This document shows, piece after piece, positions 1 to 7,568 of a DNA stretch of 32,000 nucleotides; position 1 is the stretch's first letter, and each line of letters opens with the position of its first letter. This DNA comes from Mycolicibacterium smegmatis (lineage in GTDB: Bacteria > Actinomycetota > Actinomycetes > Mycobacteriales > Mycobacteriaceae): NCBI RefSeq assembly GCF_001457595.1, contig NZ_LN831039.1, positions 3,300,001 through 3,332,000 of the forward strand. The letters run 5' to 3'. The notes under the pieces are model-generated. The model saw only the letters and a program-made list of their open reading frames with translations, did not search any database and was not told where the DNA came from. Made by a program: the position numbers and the translations under genes.

Positions 1-212
1 GAGAGGTGCTCGAGGAGGCCGGCGAGTTCGAGGCCAGGCGCCGGACGCAGCAGGTCGAGTGGACGTGGTCGATGGTGCGCGACGCTGTGCTCGACCGCGT
101 CATGAACCATCCCGAGGTCCGCCGGATCCGCGACGACGTCGAACAACGCGTGCGCCTCGGGGAACTCACGCCGGCGCTGGCGGCCCAGGAGATCCTCGAC
201 GCCGCGCAGTGA
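1..212 (+). CDS. meaB: 3' end of a MeaB/ArgK-like methylmalonyl-CoA mutase-associated GTPase (partial, begins upstream of the window)
   Basis: The frame is open from the window edge to TGA 210-212. The C-terminal peptide ...EWTWSMVRDAVLDRV...GELTPALAAQEILDAAQ resembles MeaB/ArgK C-termini as I remember them. It sits upstream of a lipL-like gene, as Rv1496-Rv1497 do in M. tuberculosis. Confidence 0.6.
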   Translation, partial: EVLEEAGEFEARRRTQQVEWTWSMVRDAVLDRVMNHPEVRRIRDDVEQRVRLGELTPALAAQEILDAAQ

Positions 213-265
213 CTCAACCTGATCACGCCCCTCAACAAATCGGCACCAGAAAGTGAGCTCTCCCG

Positions 266-613
266 ATGGATGTCAGGTCCCGTGTAGGTCTGGTCGTTGC
301 CGGGACAGTTGCCACGCTACTGCTCGGGGCATGCGGTGGCGAGGCGGCGGGTGGTAGCCAGCCGACGGTTGCCAAGGCCAAGCTGCAGACCCTTGCGAAG
401 GAAAAACTCGAAGCCGCCGCGAAGCGGAAAGCCAAGTCTGTGATTTGCGAGGACGGCATCGTCGGGGAAGTCGGTGCTACACAACGGTGTGTGCTGACAG
501 CCAAGGACGGTACGAGGATCGGGGTCACGGCAAGGGTGGACGGAATCGAGGGGCGCGGCGCGGATGCCCGGGTCAGCATCGATTTCAAGGTCGATGACAA
601 GCCCATCGAATGA
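266..613 (+). CDS. Lipoprotein, DUF4333-like
   Basis: ATG 266, TGA 611-613. The signal peptide has a basic n-region and a lipobox LLGA|C (MDVRSRVGLVVAGTVATLLLGACGG). The mature part (SVICEDGIVGEVGATQRCVLTAKDG...IDFKVDDKP) matches the pattern I associate with DUF4333 actinobacterial lipoproteins. Confidence 0.8.
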   Translation: MDVRSRVGLVVAGTVATLLLGACGGEAAGGSQPTVAKAKLQTLAKEKLEAAAKRKAKSVICEDGIVGEVGATQRCVLTAKDGTRIGVTARVDGIEGRGADARVSIDFKVDDKPIE

Positions 614-688
614 CATTACTGGCCGCGCCTTGGTTAACAGATAGGTAACACATCGAACATTTGCCAGCGCGGTTGGTAAGTTTGATGT

Positions 689-1954
689 GTGTCCGGTCAC
701 AACCGGGAGCGCGACGCGGCACTCCCACACGGCGTACAAGGCGCGGCGGATCCGAACTTCGCCTGCACGGCCCGCGCTTTCTCGCGGCTCTTCCCGGGCC
801 GCCGGTTCGGCGGGGGAGCGCTCGCGGTCTATCAGGACGGGCAGCCACTCGTCGACGTCTGGACGGGATACTCCGACCGGGCCGGCACCGAGTACTGGAC
901 CGCTGACACCGGGGCGATGGTCTTCTCGGCGACCAAGGGTCTGGCCTCGACCGTCATCCACCGCCTGGCCGACCGCGGCCTGATCGACTACGACACCCCG
1001 GTGAGTGCCTACTGGCCGGAGTTCGCGGCCAACGGCAAGGCCCACATCACGGTCCGCGAGGTCATGCAGCATCGCGCCGGGCTGAGCCAGCTCAACGGGG
1101 TCAGCAAGGCCGACATGCTCGACCACCGTGTTATGGAGGCCCGCATCGCCGAGGCCTCGGTGAACCGCCACCTCTACGGGAAGTCGGCGTATCACGCGCT
1201 GACCTACGGCTGGTTGATGTCCGGCCTGGTGCGTGCGGTCACCGGGCAGGGCATGCGGGAGCTGTTCCGGACCGAACTGGCCGAGCCGCTGAACACCGAC
1301 GGCATCCATCTCGGCAGGCCTCCGGTTGGGGCGCCGACGCGGGCCGCCCAGATCCTGGGGCCGCAGCGCACCTGGCCCAACCACGTCTTCGACTTCCTGG
1401 CGCCCAGGTTCGCGGCCCTGGAGTTCTCCGGGTTCTTCGGCTCCACGTACTGCCCCGGCGTGATGTCGCTCGTGCAGGGCGATACGCCGTTCCTCGACGC
1501 CGAGATCCCCGCCGCCAACGGCGTCGCGACCGCGCGCGGGCTGGCCAAGGTGTATGGGGCCATCGCCAACGGCGGCCGGTTCGCGGGCGAGGAGTTCCTG
1601 TCCGCGGCCACCGTCGCCGGCCTGAGTGGTCGCCGCAGCCTGAGCCCCGACCGCAACATCGGTGTGCCGCTGGCCTTCCACCTCGGATACCACTCGGTGC
1701 CGTTCGGGGTCATGGCGGGCTTCGGGCACGTCGGGCTCGGCGGTTCGGTCGGCTGGGCCGACCCGGCCAGCGGCCTCGCGGTGGGTTTCGTGCACAACCG
1801 GTTGCTGACGCCCATGGTGTTCGACATGGGCGCCTTCGTCGGCCTGCACGCCGTGATCCGCAACGACCTGGCCCGCGCACGCAGGCGGGGCTTCGAGCCG
1901 GTGCCCGACCTGGGGGCCGCGCCGTACGAGTTGTCCAAGCCGGTCGCGGGATAG
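689..1954 (+). CDS. lipL: Serine hydrolase of the beta-lactamase / family VIII esterase type (LipL-like)
   Basis: 421 aa with the S-x-x-K motif (FSATKG). The N-terminus GAADPNFACTARAFSRLFPGRRFGGGALAVY resembles Mtb LipL as I recall it. GTG 689 lies 6 nt after an extended -10 (TGgTAAGTT, hexamer 677-682), which suggests a leaderless mRNA. Confidence 0.85.
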   Translation: MSGHNRERDAALPHGVQGAADPNFACTARAFSRLFPGRRFGGGALAVYQDGQPLVDVWTGYSDRAGTEYWTADTGAMVFSATKGLASTVIHRLADRGLIDYDTPVSAYWPEFAANGKAHITVREVMQHRAGLSQLNGVSKADMLDHRVMEARIAEASVNRHLYGKSAYHALTYGWLMSGLVRAVTGQGMRELFRTELAEPLNTDGIHLGRPPVGAPTRAAQILGPQRTWPNHVFDFLAPRFAALEFSGFFGSTYCPGVMSLVQGDTPFLDAEIPAANGVATARGLAKVYGAIANGGRFAGEEFLSAATVAGLSGRRSLSPDRNIGVPLAFHLGYHSVPFGVMAGFGHVGLGGSVGWADPASGLAVGFVHNRLLTPMVFDMGAFVGLHAVIRNDLARARRRGFEPVPDLGAAPYELSKPVAG

Positions 1955-1999
1955 CCGACCGACCGCGAGTCGGCGCGGGTTACCGCGAGTGGCCCGGCG

Positions 2000-2731
2000 T
2001 CACCGGGACGGCGTGAGCCAGCGGGTCTTGATGCGCCATGAATGTGCCGACGCGAGTGCGAAGACCGCTCCGCAGATGCACGCGAAGATCCAGACCAGCC
2101 TGCCATTCTCGACCGGTTGCAAATCCGGCAGAAATGTCGTCACCAGACGCACCACACAGGCGATGATTCCGCTGACCGAGGCAACCAGATAAATATTGGC
2201 GATTCGCCGGGAGCGGGGATCGCGGCGCAAAATCAAGATCGCCCGGGCCCCGTACGCCAGCAAATAGATCAGGATGGCGCACAGAATCGTCCAATAGACG
2301 CCCAGCCACAGATCGGTGGGCACCTGGAAGAAATCGGGGCGGTACACCGCGGCACCGTTCCCCAGCGAGAACGCCGCGAGCAGAAGCGGGATACAGAGCG
2401 TGGCGGGGCGTTCGACGTACTGCTTGAACGATTGCTGCATCGAGTGGTCGTCCTGCAGGCGGCCCAGCGCGTTGTACACCACCGCCGATGCCGCGACGAT
2501 GTAGCAGTCGTGGCCGATGTAGTCCTCGAGGTTCCACTTGCCGGTCAGGTTGTACAGGAACTGGCCGATGGTCTCGGAGGCGAACGGAGACATCAGCAAC
2601 ACCGCGAGGCCCTGCAGCGCGACGTTCATCGTCGCGGCGACCTCCCAGCGGCAGGTCCACGTGACACGTCGAATCCACAAGCTCCACGCGATGCAGATCA
2701 GCGTGATCGCGATGAGTATTGCTATGGACAT
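2000..2731 (-). CDS. Polytopic membrane protein, about 7 predicted TM helices, unknown function
   Basis: 243 aa, ATG 2731, with GAGG about 10 nt upstream. Seven hydrophobic stretches of about 18-23 aa. Third-codon positions are mostly G/C, so the frame looks coding. My hand counts of 100-nt stretches give about 59-62% GC, lower than the neighbours. It lies 41 nt downstream of the HTH gene on the same strand. Confidence 0.75.
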   Translation of the reverse strand: MSIAILIAITLICIAWSLWIRRVTWTCRWEVAATMNVALQGLAVLLMSPFASETIGQFLYNLTGKWNLEDYIGHDCYIVAASAVVYNALGRLQDDHSMQQSFKQYVERPATLCIPLLLAAFSLGNGAAVYRPDFFQVPTDLWLGVYWTILCAILIYLLAYGARAILILRRDPRSRRIANIYLVASVSGIIACVVRLVTTFLPDLQPVENGRLVWIFACICGAVFALASAHSWRIKTRWLTPSR

Positions 2732-2772
2732 CAGAGTTCGCCTCGGCGGGTAATGCTTGCCAGCAACGTGGA

Positions 2773-3129
2773 CTACAGGGGAGGCGCGTCGGGACGCGGG
2801 GACAGCTCGGAGAGTTTCTTGGGCCGGCTCACACGGGTGGCGGTCTCGACCGGCGCCACCATCACCTGGGACGACTCCACGTAGTGCCAGACCTCCTGGC
2901 GGCTCATGAGGCCGAACCGGACCTGGAGATCGGGGTAGCTGAGATTGAACCGATCGGCGACCTGCCGCAGTTCCTCGGCGTTCGGGTAGTCGGGTTCCTT
3001 GATACGGCGGTAATAGGTGCTGCTCGACACGCCAAGGGCGGTGTAGATCGCCTTGGCGTCGATATCACCGTCCAACAGGTAATCGAGCAAGGCCTTCAGC
3101 TGGCGGCCGTTCTCGTCAGTGCGTGGCAC
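2773..3129 (-). CDS. Small helix-turn-helix DNA-binding protein, unknown family
   Basis: High GC3 frame ending at TAG 2773-2775. HTH-like segment AKAIYTALGVSSSTYYRRIKE, followed by AEELRQVADRFNLSYPDLQ. Three consecutive GTG codons lie at 3135, 3132 and 3129. The third sits 6 nt after a TATTGT -10 (complement of 3136-3141), consistent with a leaderless start. The 329-aa track ORF upstream of this overlaps the opposite-strand gene and is rejected. Confidence 0.7.
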   Translation of the reverse strand: MPRTDENGRQLKALLDYLLDGDIDAKAIYTALGVSSSTYYRRIKEPDYPNAEELRQVADRFNLSYPDLQVRFGLMSRQEVWHYVESSQVMVAPVETATRVSRPKKLSELSPRPDAPPL

Positions 3130-3273
3130 CACCACACAATAAACCCGTTTTCGGCCGATTGGCGACGATCGTTGCCGCAAAGCCGGGCCGCGAAACAGTT
3201 TCTTAATTGACAACCGTGTCAGACTTTTGGCACAGGTCTCCCAAATCTGGGACAGATTAGCTAACGTTGACGC

Positions 3274-3867
3274 ATGGCTACTCCTCTGTTGGCCGGCGGC
3301 ACGACGGGTGCGCGCAGCTGGATTGCTGATCACAACGCCGCCGGGCCGGCCGGCCCCGCCGACACGTCGATGATGTCGACGTCCCTCGGCGGTGTGCTCG
3401 CCGCCGAACTCGACGGTGCACGCGAGTCCCTCGGCTGCACCACCGAGGAGATCGTGCTGGCCGCGCTCGGCCGTGCCGTCGCCCGCACGATGGGCGAGGG
3501 TCTGCTGGCCGTCGACCTGGACAGCGCCGGATCGGACAGCGTGGACGGCGGCGCGCAGTCCGCCGCGCGCCGCGTCGTGGTCCCGTGCGTGTCGCGCCGC
3601 GAGCTGTCGGGCGCCGAACTGCTCGCCACCGCCCGGGCAACGGTCAGCACGGCCGAGGCCCATCCGCGCGCCGACGTGTCCCTGCGGATCAACACCGACG
3701 GCGTCGCGACGGTCGGGGAGTACGGCCTGTGCGTGCACGTCGACCATTCCGGCGACTCGCATCTGCGCATCGACTGGGCCTACGACACGCGCAATTTCGA
3801 CCGCTACACCGTGGAGGAACTCTCCGAACAGTTCCCGCTCGCGCTGATCGAGGTCACGTCCGGGTAG
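3274..3867 (+). CDS. Orphan protein resembling only the C-terminal subdomain of an NRPS/PapA-type condensation domain (possibly a gene remnant)
   Basis: 197 aa with very high GC3. LGCTTEEIVLAALGRAVARTMGEGLLAVDLD and LCVHVDHSGDSHLRIDWAYDTRNFDRYTVEELSEQF look like the post-HHxxxD half of condensation domains. No HHxxxD motif is present. ATG 3274 lies 6 nt after TAACGT (3262-3267), a leaderless-type arrangement. Confidence 0.6.
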   Translation: MATPLLAGGTTGARSWIADHNAAGPAGPADTSMMSTSLGGVLAAELDGARESLGCTTEEIVLAALGRAVARTMGEGLLAVDLDSAGSDSVDGGAQSAARRVVVPCVSRRELSGAELLATARATVSTAEAHPRADVSLRINTDGVATVGEYGLCVHVDHSGDSHLRIDWAYDTRNFDRYTVEELSEQFPLALIEVTSG

Positions 3868-3908
3868 GGCGTTTCGGACCGATTTGCACCACTCACTAGA
3901 ATCAGTGC

Positions 3909-4139
3909 ATCGGCGCTGATCCGGCCATCACCGGGGAGCCTTCGGAAGAACAGCTGACAAGCCCAGTAGAACCGAACGGGTGGGCCCGTGATCGCCCATG
4001 AGTTGAGCGGCGTGCACATCGTGCGCGCAAGCGGGGTGGTACCGCGGCGCTCGCGCACCGGCGCGACGTGTCGTCCCCGTGCCTCGGACATCAGGTTTCT
4101 GTCGCGGAAACCGCGACACGGGCACAGGAGACGAATTCA
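3909..4139 (+). promoter_or_regulatory. ileS T-box riboswitch leader, translational (SD-sequestering) type
   Basis: Conserved T-box sequence AAGCGGGGUGGUACCGCGG at 4029-4047, with UGGU (4037-4040) able to pair with tRNA 3' ACCA. Short Stem I CCGG-CCAUCA-CCGG carries an Ile AUC codon plus purine in the loop (3927-3930), with GA-motif flanks. AGUAGAA S-turn-like element at 3965-3971. A sequestrator helix (4071-4083 with 4121-4134) buries the SD AGGAG (4126-4130). A good -10, TAGAAT, lies at 3897-3902 just upstream. Confidence 0.85.
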
Positions 4140-7100
4140 GTGACCGCCTATCCCAAGCCGGCCGCACCGAACTTCCCCGAGCGGGAGCTCGAGGTGCTCG
4201 ACTACTGGGCGAAGGACGACACCTTCCGCGCCAGCGTCGAGCGGCGCGAGGGCGCTGAGGAGTACGTCTTCTACGACGGCCCGCCGTTCGCCAACGGTCT
4301 GCCGCACTACGGCCACCTGCTGACCGGCTATGTCAAGGACATCGTTCCCCGCTACCGCACGATGCGCGGATACAAGGTGGAGCGCCGGTTCGGTTGGGAC
4401 ACCCACGGTCTGCCCGCCGAACTCGAGGTGCAGCGCCAGCTCGACATCACCGACAAGTCCCAGATCGAAGAGATGGGCATCGAGAAGTTCAACGACGCGT
4501 GCCGTGCGTCGGTGCTCAAGTACACCAACGAATGGCAGGCGTACGTCACCCGGCAGGCCCGCTGGGTGGACTTCGACAACGACTACAAGACACTCGACCT
4601 GCCGTTCATGGAGTCGGTGATCTGGGCGTTCAAGCAGCTGTGGGACAAGGGGCTGGCCTACGAGGGCAACCGCGTGCTGCCCTACTGCTGGAACGACGAG
4701 ACCCCGCTGTCCAGCCACGAACTGCGCATGGACGACGACGTCTACCAGAGCAGACAGGACCCGGCGCTGACCGTCGGGTTCCGCATCGACGAGGGACCGC
4801 TGACGGACAGCTACCTGCTGATCTGGACCACCACACCGTGGACGCTGCCGTCCAACCAGGCCGTGGCCGTCGGCCCCGACATCACCTACGTCCACGTCGA
4901 GGGCGCCGACGGGCGCCGCTACCTGCTGGCCGAGGCACGTCTCGGTGCGTACGCCAGGGAACTCGGCGAGGAGCCCAAGGTGCTCGCGACCTTCACGGGC
5001 CGCGACCTGCTGGGCACCCACTACGTGCCGCCGTTCCCGTACTTCATGGGTTCGGCCAACGCGTTCCAGGTGCTCGCCGGTGACTTCGTCAGCACCGAGG
5101 ATGGCACCGGCATCGTGCACATGGCACCCGCCTACGGCGAGGACGACAAGGCCACCGCGGACGCCGCGGACATCGTCGCGGTCACGCCGGTGGACTCCAA
5201 GGGCCGGTTCGACGAATCGGTGCCCGACTATGTGGGCCAGCACGTGTTCGAGGCGAACCCGCAGATCATCCGTGACCTCAAGAACGGCGACGGATCCGCG
5301 GGCGCCAACGGCGCGGTGGTGCTGCGGCACGAGACCTACGAGCACTCGTATCCGCACTGCTGGCGGTGCCGCAACCCGCTGATCTACCGCGCGGTGTCGT
5401 CGTGGTTCGTGCGGGTCACCGAGTTCCGTGACCGCATGGTCGAACTCAACCAGCAGATCACCTGGTACCCCGAGCACGTCAAGGACGGCCAGTTCGGCAA
5501 GTGGCTGCAGGGTGCCCGCGACTGGTCGATCTCACGAAACCGCTACTGGGGCACGCCGATCCCGGTGTGGAAGTCCGACGATCCGGCCTACCCGCGCATC
5601 GACGTCTACGGCTCCCTCGACGAGCTGGAACGCGACTTCGGCGTCCGCCCCGACAACCTGCACCGCCCGTTCATCGATCAGCTCACCCGGCCGAATCCCG
5701 ACGATCCGACCGGCAAGTCGACCATGCGGCGTATCGAGGACGTGCTCGACGTATGGTTCGACTCCGGTTCCATGCCGTACGCGCAGGTGCACTACCCGTT
5801 CGAGAACCGCGAGTGGTTCGACGGCGCTTCCGGCGAAGAAGCCCATTTCCCAGGCGATTTCATCGTCGAGTACATCGGGCAGACGCGCGGCTGGTTCTAC
5901 ACGCTGCACGTGCTGGCCACCGCGCTGTTCGACAAGCCCGCGTTCAAGACGTGCGTGTCGCACGGCATCGTGCTGGGCAACGACGGCCAGAAGATGAGCA
6001 AGTCGCTGCGCAACTATCCGGATGTCTCCGAGGTGTTCGACCGCGACGGCTCCGACGCCATGCGCTGGTTCCTCATGGCCTCGCCGATCCTGCGCGGCGG
6101 CAACCTCATCGTCACCGAACAGGGCATCCGCGAGGGGGTGCGCCAGGTGCTGCTGCCGCTGTGGAACGCCTACAGCTTCCTCGCGCTGTACGCGCCGGAG
6201 AAGGGCACGTGGCGCACCGACTCGAAGAATGTGCTGGACCGCTACATCCTGGCCAAGCTCGCGCAGCTGCGTGACGATCTCACGTCCGCGCTGGATGTCT
6301 GCGACATTTCGGGCGCGTGCGACGAGCTGCGCCAGTTCGCCGAGTCGCTGACGAACTGGTATGTGCGGCGGTCACGTTCGCGGTTCTGGGACGAGGATCC
6401 CGAGGCCATCGACACGCTGCACACGGTGCTGGAGGTGACGTGCCGGCTGGCCGCTCCGCTGCTGCCGCTGGCCACCGAGGTGATCTGGCGGGGTCTGACG
6501 GGGGAGCGCTCGGTGCACCTGACCGACTGGCCGGAAGCCGATGTACTGCCGAAGGATCCGGACCTGGTGGCCGCGATGGACCAGGTACGCGAGGTGTGCT
6601 CGGTCGGCTCGTCGCTGCGCAAGGCCAAGAAGCTGCGTGTGCGCCTGCCGTTGCCGAAACTCACCGTCGCCGTGCAGGATCCGGACAGTCTGCGGCCGTT
6701 CGCCGACCTGATCGCCGACGAGCTCAACGTCAAGGCCGTCGAGCTCAGCGACGACGTGCCCGCCTACGGGCGCTTCGAGCTCGCGGTCAACGCCCGGGTC
6801 GCCGGGCCGCGCATCGGCAAGGACGTGCAGGCCGCGATCAAGGCCGTCAAGGCGGGGGAGGGCGTGGTCAACCCCGACGGCACGCTCACCGCGGGCCCTG
6901 TGGTGCTGCAACCCGAGGAGTACACCTCCAAGCTGGTTGCGGCCGACCCGGAATGGACCGCGGCGCTGCCCGACGGTGCGGGTCTGGTGGTCCTCGACGG
7001 CACGGTGACCGAGGAGCTCGAGGCCGAGGGCTGGGCCAAGGACCGCATCCGTGAACTGCAGGAACTGCGGAAGTCGACCGGCCTGGAGGTGTCGGACCGC

Positions 7101-7262
7101 ATCTCGGTACGCATCTCGGTGCCCGCCGAACACGAGCAGTGGGCACGCACGCACCGCGATCTCATCGCAGGCGAGATCCTCGCGACCAGTTTCGAATTCG
7201 CCGAGGTGACCGACGGTGCGGAGATCGGCGACGGCGTGCGGGTCGAGATTGCGAAGATCTGA
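4140..7262 (+). CDS. ileS: Isoleucine--tRNA ligase
   Basis: 1040 aa from GTG 4140, 9 nt after AGGAG. Class I motifs HYGH ([10 protein letters not shown]) and KMSKS ([12 protein letters not shown]). Preceded by an Ile-specific T-box. The track's upstream start at 4068 lies inside the riboswitch. Confidence 0.97.
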   Translation: MTAYPKPAAPNFPERELEVLDYWAKDDTFRASVERREGAEEYVFYDGPPFANGLPHYGHLLTGYVKDIVPRYRTMRGYKVERRFGWDTHGLPAELEVQRQLDITDKSQIEEMGIEKFNDACRASVLKYTNEWQAYVTRQARWVDFDNDYKTLDLPFMESVIWAFKQLWDKGLAYEGNRVLPYCWNDETPLSSHELRMDDDVYQSRQDPALTVGFRIDEGPLTDSYLLIWTTTPWTLPSNQAVAVGPDITYVHVEGADGRRYLLAEARLGAYARELGEEPKVLATFTGRDLLGTHYVPPFPYFMGSANAFQVLAGDFVSTEDGTGIVHMAPAYGEDDKATADAADIVAVTPVDSKGRFDESVPDYVGQHVFEANPQIIRDLKNGDGSAGANGAVVLRHETYEHSYPHCWRCRNPLIYRAVSSWFVRVTEFRDRMVELNQQITWYPEHVKDGQFGKWLQGARDWSISRNRYWGTPIPVWKSDDPAYPRIDVYGSLDELERDFGVRPDNLHRPFIDQLTRPNPDDPTGKSTMRRIEDVLDVWFDSGSMPYAQVHYPFENREWFDGASGEEAHFPGDFIVEYIGQTRGWFYTLHVLATALFDKPAFKTCVSHGIVLGNDGQKMSKSLRNYPDVSEVFDRDGSDAMRWFLMASPILRGGNLIVTEQGIREGVRQVLLPLWNAYSFLALYAPEKGTWRTDSKNVLDRYILAKLAQLRDDLTSALDVCDISGACDELRQFAESLTNWYVRRSRSRFWDEDPEAIDTLHTVLEVTCRLAAPLLPLATEVIWRGLTGERSVHLTDWPEADVLPKDPDLVAAMDQVREVCSVGSSLRKAKKLRVRLPLPKLTVAVQDPDSLRPFADLIADELNVKAVELSDDVPAYGRFELAVNARVAGPRIGKDVQAAIKAVKAGEGVVNPDGTLTAGPVVLQPEEYTSKLVAADPEWTAALPDGAGLVVLDGTVTEELEAEGWAKDRIRELQELRKSTGLEVSDRISVRISVPAEHEQWARTHRDLIAGEILATSFEFAEVTDGAEIGDGVRVEIAKI

Positions 7263-7316
7263 TCCGACCGGGTGCGATGCGACCGCGGGTGAGCTGACCG
7301 GACCTGCCGGCCCGGC

Positions 7317-7535
7317 TCACTCGTGGGTGACGCGCGCCGAGCGAGATCCGAGCGCGACCTCGTCGCCGGCATGCAGTTGACGGCCACGCCTGAGTTCGAC
7401 CTCACCGTTGACGGTCACCTGACCGTCGGCGATCACGGCCTTGGCGTCGGCCCCGGTGTCGATCAGCGCGGCCAGCTTCAGGAACTGACCCAGGCGGATG
7501 GACTCGTCGCGGATCGGCACGTCGTCCGGCTTCAT
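7317..7535 (-). CDS. S4-domain RNA-binding protein (YbcJ-like)
   Basis: 72 aa. [48 protein letters not shown] is a typical small S4 domain. A TACTCT -10 (complement of 7543-7548) lies 7 nt before ATG 7535. Confidence 0.8.
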   Translation of the reverse strand: MKPDDVPIRDESIRLGQFLKLAALIDTGADAKAVIADGQVTVNGEVELRRGRQLHAGDEVALGSRSARVTHE

Positions 7536-7568
7536 GCTGGTCAGAGTAGCCCTTTAGCATCTGCAGGT

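Noticed and set aside
652-667. TCGAAC half of a mycobacterial LexA/SOS box upstream of lipL
   Set aside because: The partner half-site GTTCGA is absent 4 nt downstream (the sequence is atttGCCAGC). No complete TCGAAC-N4-GTTCGA box was seen anywhere in the window.
317-1849. 510-aa ORF antisense to the lipL-like gene
   Set aside because: It lies entirely opposite a gene with clear family motifs. The product is Arg/Gly/Pro/Ala-rich low-complexity sequence, typical of stop-codon-poor antisense frames in high-GC DNA. There is no start context or recognisable motif.
2000-2731. Lower GC of the 7-TM gene as proof of horizontal transfer
   Set aside because: Much of the GC drop comes from the Ile/Leu/Phe/Tyr/Trp-rich membrane composition, and third positions are still mostly G/C. 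The synteny break, not composition, is the stronger argument, so HGT is kept only as a hypothesis.
3207-3212. Perfect TTGACA hexamer as a -35 for the condensation-half gene
   Set aside because: No -10-like hexamer lies 16-19 bp downstream (gcacag). It is better explained as the left arm of the TGACA-N4-TGTCA dyad.
3130-3762. N-terminal 210 aa of the 329-aa track ORF (2773-3762, minus strand)
   Set aside because: This part overlaps the well-supported plus-strand gene 3274-3867 and crosses an AT-rich promoter-like spacer. Coding-type GC3 bias only begins around the GTG triplet at 3129-3135.
4068-4139. Upstream extension of ileS (track start at 4068)
   Set aside because: The extension lies inside the T-box sequestrator helix. 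GTG 4140 has a proper AGGAG SD and gives the expected N-terminus.
7291-7318. Hairpin between convergent ileS and the S4 gene (GAGCUG…CCGG-loop-CCGG…CGGCUC)
   Set aside because: The stem is interrupted, includes a G-U pair and a bulge, and has no U-tract. It is plausible but cannot be distinguished from chance GC-rich pairing.
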